Origin: Paramicrosporidium saccamoebae KSL3
Lineage: Eukaryota > Fungi > Cryptomycota
Length of the DNA stretch: 32,000 nt
Direction: 5' to 3'
Assembly: GCA_002794465.1 (NCBI GenBank)
Contig: MTSL01000167.1
Coordinates: 2,368 to 34,367 of the forward strand
Of this stretch, positions 1 through 11,286 are shown in pieces. Under the pieces are notes generated by a model. The model made no database searches, had not been told where the DNA came from, and saw only the letters and a list, made by a program, of their open reading frames with translations. A program made the translations under genes and the position numbers. Each line of letters begins with the position of its first letter. The stretch's first letter is position 1.

Positions 1-1712
1 TCCGTTTGTTCTTTGATGAACTCTGGCGATATTTTTCTAGATGGCAGCAGGACGAATTTATCGGTAGTCTTTCCCGGTAACAGCAAATAATCTATTGAGC
101 TATAAATATTGCCTTGATAACTGATATTACGGCGGTTGATCCTCTTGGGTCTGCTGACAGCAACTCAGCAAGTAGCGGTACAATTCGGGTCGAAGTGTAA
201 AGGAAAAGAGTCGGTCCGCTGACTGGAACGCCTTGAATTGCTTGATGATTCGGGCGGCCGTCTGGTGTCGGAACCATGGCACCAGATCGCACCCTATATC
301 ACAGTTGCCGGGTCGTTCTCTGTTACTCGACAAATCTGATAAATACAGTCCCGTAAACGGAATACAAGGGGTACATGCCACTTCTTGCAACTCCATGGCC
401 TTTCTAATGTTTCGAAAGTTCCGCAGGGGACTAACAAAGACCACAAGATCTTCATACAGTGATCGCTCATATTCATTTAATCTCTTCCATGCCTGGTGCA
501 GTCCCTCCACCGACGGATTCTGCAACGCCAGCATAATCTGCATTACCGAATTAAAGTTGGAGTAGCCAAGACACTTGAGGGTGATCCTAATCAGCTTCTG
601 GATGATGACTGCTTGTTCATTGTGAGAGGGAGCTCGCAAAATTTCACTAATCATCCATTGGCACATTTGGTTGAAATGTTCAATACAACTGTCAATGCTT
701 TGAGCACGATGTGGATAGGAGAGAAGTTCTGTCCAAGAGACAGAGTGGAACCACTTGCTTTCAATGAGACATAAATGTTCCGCCATGATTCCAGTGTACT
801 CCACCGCCAAGCAAGAATGCTTCCCATATTTCGTTGCAAGATCGTCGCACTTGGTCCATTGATATCCCAAGGAAATGCTTCCATCAAACCAGGAAAGCTG
901 TCCGGTATCAATAGAAGGAGACACGGCGGAACTTTCATCGCCAGCAACGACCTCTTCTTCAATATTATCCCCCTTTATCACTTTGCGAATTCTCCTCCCC
1001 AGTTTCTTGAACCAAGAAACGCTCCCTGTAGACTCTGATGAGGAGGACATTGAGCTATTCCCTGCCAAATACGTTCCTCGTAATGGATCACGCGACAACT
1101 CTTCGGGGGCAAGCTCTTCTCGATTCACATATTTCTTCAACTTGTTCAATATTTGTTGATCAGCCAGTGTCAACTCGAGCCGTCTCCCTCTAATCTTCTC
1201 AATGGCATCCAGGATGGGCTGCTTCACGTAATCTTCGCCAAAATCAATTTCATAATAATGGCACAGCCATTGCCGGAGTGTAACAAATGTCCTCAGCTTG
1301 ACATTTTCCTCTTTCTTGTCATATGAGTGCATTAGGCGGAAAGACAGCATCTCAGCAAGATCTACAGGAGCAACAAAGGACCGGAATGCCATGAGAAAAT
1401 TATCCATAAATTCTAAATCTAAACATGAGCTTACAACAGTGACATACCAACAACAGTGGTGAGTCGTTCAACCAGCTTTGCTACTGTTGCTGCAATCAAC
1501 TTTCCGCTGGCATCGAACACTATACATTCTGACGAGTCAGCCTTCTCAAACAGACTCTCCCAATTCTGCATAGCGCTAGGTTGCACCAGTGTCAAGCCCT
1601 CGAAAATCTCCTGCAACACCCCACTCCGTCCCCCCAGAGACTTTTCATCGCCCGAGGAGGAGAACAGAGAGCTCGCGGTGCTGTCGGTGTCTGAATTGTG
1701 TACTCGGAGCAT
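1..1712 (-). CDS. Ras guanine-nucleotide exchange factor (REM + CDC25-type RasGEF domain), possibly running off the left edge
   Basis: Exon 1448-1712, 29-nt GTATGT..TTTAG intron 1419-1447 giving KLVERLTTVV-D-LEFMDNFLMAFRSF (REM motif), then CDC25 motifs (NFNSVMQIMLAL, PCIPFTGLYLSDL). The ORF stops at 127, but a 31-nt GT..TAG intron at 100-130 removes that stop and leaves a frame open to position 1; the 3' end is uncertain. Confidence 0.85.
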
Positions 1713-1779
1713 GGAGGTCCATCCAGGCAGAGGTACTTATTAATGCAGTAAATTAATTATTGTGGCTGATTGGTTAGGC

Positions 1780-2364
1780 TTATTCAGTAATCTGGACAAT
1801 CATGTCAATTTCCACCGGCACTATTGGATGAATACCAGTTTTGAAGGGTACCATTGAAGGGGAGGCCGGGTGCACCGACAGCAGTGCGGGCATGGGAGCC
1901 TATTTCACTGCCAAACACCTTGACAAGCAACTCTGATGCTCCGTTAATCACCATTGAATGTTGAGCAAAGGCACCATCAGCGTTCACAAAGCCGTTCAGC
2001 TTGACAATTTTTACAATCTTGTCCAATGAGCCTGCACAATTACAACCCACAGGGATGTACCGATGCAGTCCTTAATGTTCTTTAACATATTGACGGCTAT
2101 CAATTCGGCGACCTTGTTGGCCTCTTCGACACTGAACTGTGCACCCACCTTGCCTTCAAAGAGCGTGCTAGTTCCGGGCTGATACGGCACATGTCCCGCT
2201 GTGTAGAGCATCTTTCCGCATTTTACCACGGGCACATACACTGCCTTTGGGGCTGGCACCATCCACTTGTCTAAATCATAGCCCAGTTCTCTCAGTGTCT
2301 TCTCTGCCTCAACTCTCATATGAATCTGCCGGACCAGCCTCTTGCTCAGCAATATAGCTCGCAT
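1780..2364 (-). CDS. RidA/YjgF/UK114-family enamine/imine deaminase, Rid1 (bacterial-type) subfamily
   Basis: Exons 2061-2364, 1852-2031, 1780-1820; introns 2032-2060 (29 nt) and 1821-1851 (31 nt); 174 aa. Motifs PAPKAVYVP, YTAGHVP, GKVG, IVKLNGFVN, VINGASELLVKVFG, HARTAVG, LPFNVPVEID. Alternative start at 2319. Confidence 0.85.
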
Positions 2365-2383
2365 CTCAGGATTAATTGGTCCG

Positions 2384-3936
<1,553 letters not shown>

Positions 3937-4074
3937 ACTTGCAAATGCTAACAATGCAAAGTGGCTGATTCAGAGAGAGGAGTTATTCATATCTACAGAC
4001 TAGGAATAAAGTACCAACTAGAAGAGATGATATATACAGACCAAAGTAATGATGGTGAAATGGTACAGCACTAT

Positions 4075-4120
4075 CATTGTCATTGTCATTATTATTATTA
4101 TTATTATCATCTTCATCATA
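4075..4120. repeat. (CATTGT)n / (ATT)n microsatellite
   Basis: cattgtcattgtcattattattattattattatcatcttcatcat between the aminotransferase 3' end and PRE1. Confidence 0.85.
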
Positions 4121-4193
4121 AGTGGATACCGCTTAACAGGCTCGGCTACAGACCTCACAATAGTGCGAAACGAATAATATATTTATCGGTAGC

Positions 4194-4805
4194 ATGGAGG
4201 CACTCATTGGCATTACCGGTGCAGACTATGTCATTCTTGCAGCTGACCGTAACGCGGCACGCTCCATCGTGGTTATGAAGAGCACTGAGGACAAATTCCG
4301 TTCCTTGGGGCCGTCGGTCGAGTTGGCCTACTGCGGGGAGCCAGGTGACGCGACCAATTTCGCCGAGTATGTGCAGGGCAACGTAAGGCTCTATGCACTG
4401 AAAAATGGGCTGCAGTTGAGCACTTCGGCTACCGCGCATTACACGCGACGTCTCCTGGCTGATTCGTTGCGTAGCAAAGTAAATTTGGAATTAATATTGA
4501 CAGCATAGACTCCATACTCGACGAATGTGCTGTTGGGAGGATGCACCGATGGGCCGCAACTCTTCTGGATTGATCATCTGGCGACCCTCACAGAACTACC
4601 ATTTGCGGCACATGGATATGCGGCATATTTTGTATTGTCACTGATGGATCGTCACTACCGGAAGGGAATGAACTTGGAGGAGGGAATTGCATTGCTAAAG
4701 ATGTGCTTGCAAGAACTAAATACGCGTTTCATTGTCAATTTGCGGGAATTTTCGGTCAAGATTGTGAAGGCGACCGGCATTGAGAATCTTGTAATTTCTC
4801 TGTAA
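4194..4805 (+). CDS. PRE1: 20S proteasome subunit beta type-2 (beta4)
   Basis: Exons 4194-4478 and 4509-4805 joined by a 30-nt GTAAAT..CATAG intron; 193 aa. MEALIGITGADYVILAAD..ARSIVVMK, GEPGDATNFAEYVQ, AHGYAAYFVLSLMDRHY. Confidence 0.93.
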
Positions 4806-5045
4806 CTTCAATAAACACTGCGTGGGATCCAATCATTATTGCTCCGTGTTCATGCTGTAATGCAGGACGAAATTAGTGTTCAGGTCCATCCTCTAGTTAC
4901 CACACCCACAATTCCCGGCCAATGGAAAACGGATCGCTGTTACCACTCATCGAAATTTTATTTCAACTTGTACAAAATTTGTAAACATTCAATCCTCTCC
5001 TACCCATCGGTACTAAAATCCAAGATATCCAATCAACCTGCCTAT

Positions 5046-6144
5046 TCAAGCCCGCTTAGCGCGTTTAGTCGATTTCTTACCGACAGCAGACTTTTTCGGA
5101 GACGCCTTTTTGGCCGGTGCCTTTTTGGCAGTCTTCTTGACGGGCGATTTCTTTGCGGGAGACTTCTTTGCGGGAGATTTCTTTGTGGGAGATTTCGTTG
5201 CGGGAGATTTCTTTGTGGGAGATTTCTTTGCGGGAGATTTCTTCACCGTCTTCTTTGCTACCTTCTTGGCGGGAGACTTCTTAACAGTCTTCTTGGCAGT
5301 CTTCTTGGTAGTCTTCTTGGCGGGAGACTTCTTGGCAGCCGTGGGGGCAGCAGATGCAGCTTCCGGAGCAGCAGCAGCAGCCTTTGTGGCGACAGTCTTC
5401 TTTGCGGCCTTCTTAGCTCCAGCACGCTTTGTGACGGGCTTCTTAGCTCCGACACGCTTTGTGGCGGTCTTTTTGGCTCCAGAACGCTTTGTGGCAGTCT
5501 TCTTGGCTCCAGCACGCTTTGCGGCCGACTTTTTGGCAGCGGGCCGCTTAGTACCAGCAACCTTGGCGGGTTCAGCTGCTACTGCCGGAGTAGCGGATGC
5601 AGCGGGAGAGGCCTCCTTGACGGCAGTCCTCTTCTGAGGCGCCGCCTTTTTCTTGGGCGAAGCCTTTCGCTTAGGTGAAGCAGCCTTCCGCTTTGGGGAC
5701 GCGGCCTTCTTGGGCGACGCAGCCTTTGTGGGGGAAGCGGCCTTCTTGGGCGATTTCTTTGGAGATTTCTTGGGGGATTTCTTGGGAGATTTCTTTGGGG
5801 ATTTCTTGGGAGATTTCTTGGGGGACTTCTTGGGAGAAGCGGCCTTCTTGGGTGAGACAGCCTTCTTGGTGGGTGTCATGGGAACACCAGCAGCACCAAG
5901 AGAAAAGCGACTCTTGTTGTTGAGCAACTCGCCGTCCTTTACGGCGGCCTTGATCTCCTGATGGACAACGGCGACATTGACCTTTCCGTAATTGTCCTGC
6001 AGATAGCGGGCAATGGAAGTGGCAGTGGAGCCGCCCTTTTCGCGCAGCTCCTCCACGGCCTTGGTGACCATTTCACGGTAGGGCGAGCCCATCGATTTGC
6101 GCGGTGACGTCTACAATGTCAGCGATGGATGCGGTGCTTACCAT
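5046..6144 (-). CDS. Linker histone H1 (globular H15 domain plus long SPKK/Lys-rich tail)
   Basis: First exon is ATG only (6142-6144), 31-nt GTAAGC..CTGAC..TGTAG intron 6111-6141, then 5046-6110; 355 aa. Globular domain PYREMVTKAVEELREKGGSTATSIARYLQDNY..KAAVKDGEL..SRFSL followed by about 280 aa rich in K/A/P/S. Confidence 0.85.
5742..5837 (-). repeat. Eight tandem 12-nt units encoding (SPKK)8 in histone H1
   Basis: Units cttcttgggcga / tttctttggaga / tttcttggggga etc. on the + strand; they differ only at synonymous positions. Confidence 0.95.
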
Positions 6145-6191
6145 TGGTGTGTGTGTTGTGCAACCCGCCAATGCCCCTTTTTATCCTTTGT

Positions 6192-6208
6192 GATTGGATG
6201 GGGCGGGG
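6192..6208 (-). promoter_or_regulatory. CCAAT box plus GC box upstream of histone H1
   Basis: Minus strand reads CCCCGCCCCATCCAATC about 50 nt upstream of the H1 ATG, inside the 93-nt gap after the adenylate kinase stop. Confidence 0.5.
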
Positions 6209-6237
6209 TAAACAAATTTTGCCCGCCAAATTTGGGT

Positions 6238-6979
6238 TTATTGAGGTTGTCGTGTTTTGCTAAGTAGTCGGGTGTGCAATTGGGCATAGATGGTGGCTGA
6301 ATCAAGACCAGCAGCGACAAATAGAATGCCCTTGCGCTCATAATGCCGCTGCAGAGCGTCCCGATGCATAGCGTAGTTGTTATATCGTTTGTCAAAACAA
6401 TCCTACAGGAATTAGTATAGCAGAAAAAGCACCATGTCATCATCGTGACGACGAACCAAAGGCTCACCGGTAAGGTCGTCAAGACCAGAGTGACGGGGCG
6501 GATTAAAGGAGCGACTGTAAATGCGTCCGCTGGGGACATGCACCCAACGGTCCATGATGCGGGACTGGAGGACGGGACGTGGCACGTCGAGCAGACAGAC
6601 GAGATGAGGCTGAATTTCGTGTGCATCCAGCAGTTGGGCTTGTCGCAGAGTGCGAGGAAAACCGTCAATTATCCAGCCCGATTCGGCCGGGTCTGACAGG
6701 GCATTAAAGAGAATGTCAGTAATGCGTTCATCCTCCATAAGCTCTACACTTATTATTCGTGGAGAGTGGGTACCGCCCGAAGCCAGGAAACGACGCATCT
6801 CCTCTCCCAGACTATCCTCTCGTTGGGCAAGTCGTTGGAGAATGGCGCCGGTGGAGACGAGTTGTAGTGGACCAAAGTCGCGTTGTATCCATTTAGCTAT
6901 GGTGCCCTTTCCGCATGCCTAACCATGAGTAAGGACTCAATGGTACGGGTGGTCCGATTAATACAAGTCGTAATGGCAT
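6238..6979 (-). CDS. Adenylate kinase, AK3/Adk2 (mitochondrial GTP:AMP phosphotransferase) type
   Basis: Exons 6947-6979, 6774-6918, 6433-6743, 6238-6402 (introns 28, 30, 30 nt); 217 aa. P-loop LIGPPACGKGT is split by the first intron; GWIIDGFPRT; LID RWVHVPSGRIY..FNPP..GLDDLTGEPLVRRHDD. In-frame upstream ATGs at 7003/7006. Confidence 0.88.
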
Positions 6980-7191
6980 GCCATCATCCCTGGGAATGTC
7001 CATCATAGATTCGTACGACTGCAACATCAGGAAGCAATCCAAAGACAGGGAGTGATCCGAGGAGCAATCTAATTGTCAGATTTCGACGAAATCTCGTTAT
7101 ATTATATTGTTGGAACCAATGTAGACTGGCATTCCGTATTTGGAAGATTTACCCCATATGAGGCCGGGTCCGTGATGATTGGCTGTTGGGA

Positions 7192-8653
7192 ATGTCTGGA
7201 CTGGCAAGGTAAATGCTCGTTGGTCGACTAACCTTATTGTAGTTTGCTACCCAAACCCAAGAATGCTACTATGAGTAGTGTTGAATCTAAAGTTGATGCA
7301 GCAAGTATAGAGACGAGCGGTGAAAAACTGACAGTGACGAGTGGTGAAAAACTGACAGAGACGAGTGGTGAGAAACTGGCAGAGACGACGCTTTGTGGAA
7401 ATGTCACAGTCCAACCGACCAAATACGATCAAATAGCGCACATAGGACATGGACCGGACCGTTTAGTGCAGACACAACTTTCCGACCTTAAGCCAAAATA
7501 TCTTTCAGAGGAGGCGTTGCTACGACCAACACCAGAACAGATAGCCGAAGAGACAGAATCAGCTCGTCAGGCGCTCCAGCTGCTTGTCCGCGAAAAGACG
7601 GCCCGTACACAGCCCAAAAGCTTTTCGGCAGGACGGGACACGGAAATGCTGCGGTATACGGGAAAGACGGGAACAGAGCGGATGGTGAAAATGGTCGAAA
7701 TGCCTGTGGACCCACTGCAACCGCCAAAGTTCCACCATAAAAGGATTCCACGAGCACCGCCCTCCCCACCAGCACCACGACTGCATAGTCCGCCACGAAA
7801 GGTGACGACAGAGGAGCAACGCGCATGGCATGTGCCGCCCTGTATTTCCAGTTGGAAGAATCCAAAGGGTTACACTGTGCCCCTCGATAAACGACTGGCG
7901 GCTGATGGACGCGGGTTGGAGGAAAAAACTATCAACAGCAGAGTCAGTGACCTGGCAGAGGCGCTCTTTTTAGCAGAAAAACACAATAGAGAAGAGGTGG
8001 AGATGCGATCCGTGGTGGAACGCAAAGTACAGCAACAGGAAGCCCGGAAACGGGATGACCAATTGCGATTACTTGCAGAAAAGGCGCGGGAGGAAGCCCG
8101 TAGTCTGGCCGAGGACATTGAACGTGCTGCCCGTCATGAGGAAACGCTGTTGGGTGGAGAGGTCAACACGGGACTCGGTCTTACTGTCCGTGAACGCGAA
8201 CAAATCCGAAAAGATCGTCTCTATGACCGCGAACGGGAAATGCGTCTTTCCCGTCTCCCCCCTGAACAACGAGCCCGATTGGCCGATCGTGACATTTCCG
8301 AACGAATTGCTCTGGGTACCGTTCAACCCGAAAAGGAGACGCTCTTTGATCAACGTCTCTTTGATCAGTCGTCCGGTGTGGGAGCGGGGATGGGCGGCGG
8401 AGAGGACGAATTGTATAATCTGTACGACCGTCCCTTATTTGCGGGCAGCGCAATGCACATGATCTATAAACCGCACTCCCAACCAACTCGAGCAGAAAAG
8501 GCATTCAGTGGTACTGAAGGTGTGGCGGTACGCGAGGGACCTGTTCAGTTTGAAAAGGCTCCAGAAAAGGTCCCTGAACAGACGGCTGATCCGTTTGGAG
8601 TTGAACAGTTCTTGTCAGAGGCCAAGCGTGGAAAGCGTGCCAAGAATGAATAG
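7192..8653 (+). CDS. PRP45: Spliceosomal SKIP/SNW1/Prp45
   Basis: Exon 7192-7208, 34-nt intron 7209-7242 with GACTAAC branch, exon 7243-8653; 475 aa. DPLQPPKFHHKRIPRAPPSPPAPRLHSPPRKVT, WHVPPCISSWKNPKGYTVPLDKRLAADGRGL, RDISERIALG, GPVQFEK. Confidence 0.93.
7309..7389 (+). repeat. 24-nt coding minisatellite (about 3.4 copies) in the SKIP N-terminus
   Basis: agagacgagcggtgaaaaactgac / agtgacgagtggtgaaaaactgac / agagacgagtggtgagaaactggc = ETSGEKLT repeats. Confidence 0.9.
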
Positions 8654-8740
8654 TCATTGGGAATGGTGTAGTTGTGATCTACTAGAGTCATATTCTATTT
8701 GTGAGGTTATTAAAATGTTATTAAGATGTTGTTATAAGTC

Positions 8741-8793
8741 ATTACACACCGTTGCATACCGTTATACACCGTTACATACCGCTACATACTGTT
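8741..8793. repeat. 10-nt period intergenic tandem repeat (5 copies)
   Basis: attacacacc gttgcatacc gttatacacc gttacatacc gctacatact, between the convergent SKIP and branching-enzyme 3' ends. Confidence 0.8.
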
Positions 8794-8869
8794 TATTCAA
8801 GTCATTACATGGCAATCAGACTCGGTATATTGCTACTCAATTCACCATTACAATCCATTGTTACATGGC

Positions 8870-11212
8870 TCACTTGGCTGAGGTGAGACCAGGATGTAGT
8901 AAGACTCCTTGTGGCGCCAGCACTAACACAGTACGACATGGAATGTACACTTGCAAATGATGGCTACGATGACACCATTCCCCCTGACGGGTATGGAACA
9001 CCGAGACACTCTCCATAACCCGTCCATGGCCTCCAAAGTATTCAGCATCACTGTTCAACACAATCCGGTACTCCCCAGGGCAATTCACTCCGACAGTGTA
9101 ATCAACAAAGCTCTTGTCGGGATGCAGATTGATCACAAATAACAATGTACCCCGTTCAAAGACAACTACCTTGTCCGTCTCGTGTTTAAGACTCACATAG
9201 GCTGCCGGTGTGGCTAGCAGATGATGTTGAATGTCCAACTGCATTAGACAGCGATCAAAGCGTTCGAGATGACGATATCGCAGCAACGGATCATCCGCCA
9301 GATGGTACTGTCGACGTGCGTAATGGTAGCTAAAGTTGTTTCCATGGCGAGGAAAGTCTAGCCATTCCGGATGGCCAAACTCATTGCCCATAAAGGTCAG
9401 ATACGCCTCGCCGCCCAATGCAAACGACAACAAACGGATCAACTTGTGCAAGGCAATTCCGCGGTCAATGGTGGGAGTTAGGACCGTCATATCAGACATG
9501 TGTGTGTACATTTCCTGATCCATCAGCCAAAAGGCCAACGTCTTGTCGCCTACCAAGGCCTGATCGTGACTCTCGGCGTAGGAGATGGTCCGTTCCTTCC
9601 AACGACGGTTTGTAAGGGTGTGTACTATCCGGCCCAAATCCCAATCTTCATCGCGTGTCTCCTTTAGCAGCTTAATCCACATGTCAGGGATTGCCATTCC
9701 CAGCCGATAATCAAAGCCCACGCCACCCTCCTCCACAGGACGACACAGCAACGGCATCCCCGACACATCCTCTGCTACTGTCACCATCTTTCCTGGATAC
9801 AACAAATGCAGCATGTAATTGGCCTACACATCAATACAAATCCTCTCCTACCAATTGCAGATAAACCAATGCCTCTCCATCCACTGTCGCTCCAAAGTAT
9901 TCGTGGTAATCGCCACTGAATCCATATGCAATGCCGTGATGACGATATAACATGGAGGTGACGCCATCAAAGCGGAAGCCGTCGAAACGATACTCTTCGA
10001 TCCAAAAACGCAAATTGCTCAGTAGGAAGCGCAACACTTCGCGATTTCCATAATTGAACAGTCGACTGTCCCACAAATCATGACGGCCCCTCCCGCCCTC
10101 GTGGAAATAGCAATGGTCCGTCCCATCAAACTCATTCAGTCCGTCCAATGTGTTCTTGCAGGCGTGAGAATGAACAATGTCCAGTAGCACAGAGATGCCC
10201 AACCCATGCGCCGTGTCCACGAGATGCTTCAGATCCTCTGGGGTTCCATAGCGACTGGAGGCGGAGAAGAAGCTGGTTACTTGGTATCCAAAGCTACCAT
10301 AATAGGCATGCTCCATAATGGCCATCAGTTGGATGCTGTTGTAACCCAGTGCATGGACTCTGGGCAGAATGGTGTCGGCATATTCGCGATAAGTGGCGAC
10401 TTTGGCCTCGTTGGTACAAATGCCCACATGCGATTCATAGATGCGGAGGGTGTTAGGGGCAGTCAGACGATCGTGTTTCCAGACAAATGGGTTGGGGGGA
10501 TCCCAGAACACCCCCTCATACAAATCCTGCGATCTCTTTTGTTCCGCTCGTGTAATCCACGCTGGAATCCGATCGATCCGACGTCCGTTGCTGTCGACCA
10601 TGGAAATCTTGACTCGACTTCCATGCGCAATGGGCAAGGAGCCGTCCGTTCGGCGTGGTAGCACAATCTCCCATACTCCCCATTCATCGCGTTTCATGGG
10701 ATGGCTGCGTCCATTCCATTCATCTAAGAATAAGCCAGGCTGCATGAATTCTACTGAAATCTCCAAAGAAATAGGCTTCGGTGGCACCGGGCGCCCATTC
10801 CCGATACACAATGCCCTCAGTAGTCACATTAATGCCCAATCGATTGTATCCACGAGAGAATGCATCCAAACTGCCTTCACTCTCTACGATACTGTTCAGC
10901 GTATCCAAGAAATACTCATATCAACATCATTTACAACACTGACCCCGTGTACCTTGCCTCAATGGCGGGTCGGAAATGCGTCAGATAATGGTCCAATGCC
11001 ACCGACTTGTCCACGGCCAACTTTGCCGTCAGCAAACCTGCTCGTGGGTCTGATACAGGTGAGTCTAAAACTGACGTCTTCCCCTCACCTGTATCTCTCA
11101 TCTTCCCCTCGACTGTATCTCTCACTCCCCCCTCAGCCGCATCTCTCGTTTTCCCTGCTCCCGTATCAGCGCTTGGCCTGATACAGTCCTCCCATTCCAC
11201 CTCAATCGTCAT
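8870..11212 (-). CDS. GLC3: 1,4-alpha-glucan (glycogen) branching enzyme, GH13
   Basis: Exons 10953-11212, 10755-10921, 9852-10723, 8870-9823; 750 aa. [76 protein letters not shown]. The first intron is ambiguous (see findings). Confidence 0.95.
11077..11167 (-). repeat. 24-nt coding minisatellite (about 3.8 copies) in the branching enzyme N-terminal extension
   Basis: tcttcccctcacctgtatctctca / tcttcccctcgactgtatctctca plus two degenerate copies = [32 protein letters not shown]. Confidence 0.8.
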
Positions 11213-11286
11213 GCCCTATGCCCCGTCAATGGGACATATTTAATCTAATGATTCCCGATTAGGAAAGTGGCAAATCTTACAAAACA
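11213..11286. promoter_or_regulatory. Putative 74-nt bidirectional promoter between glycogen branching and debranching genes
   Basis: It is the only sequence between divergent ATGs at 11212(-) and 11287(+); AT-rich core catatttaatctaatg; no factor site confidently recognised. Confidence 0.6.

Noticed and set aside
3961-4278. 105-aa ORF with poly-Tyr/His tract
   Set aside because: Translation of the intergenic (ATT)n microsatellite; overlaps PRE1 out of frame.
4839-5961. Long plus-strand ORFs (4839-5678, 5110-5637, 5653-5961) with GDFF/LGDF repeats
   Set aside because: Antisense shadows of the Lys/Ala/Pro/Ser codon repeats of histone H1, which lack stops on the opposite strand.
10206-11181. 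Plus-strand ORFs of 151 and 246 aa
   Set aside because: Fully antisense to the well-supported branching enzyme; no recognisable motifs.
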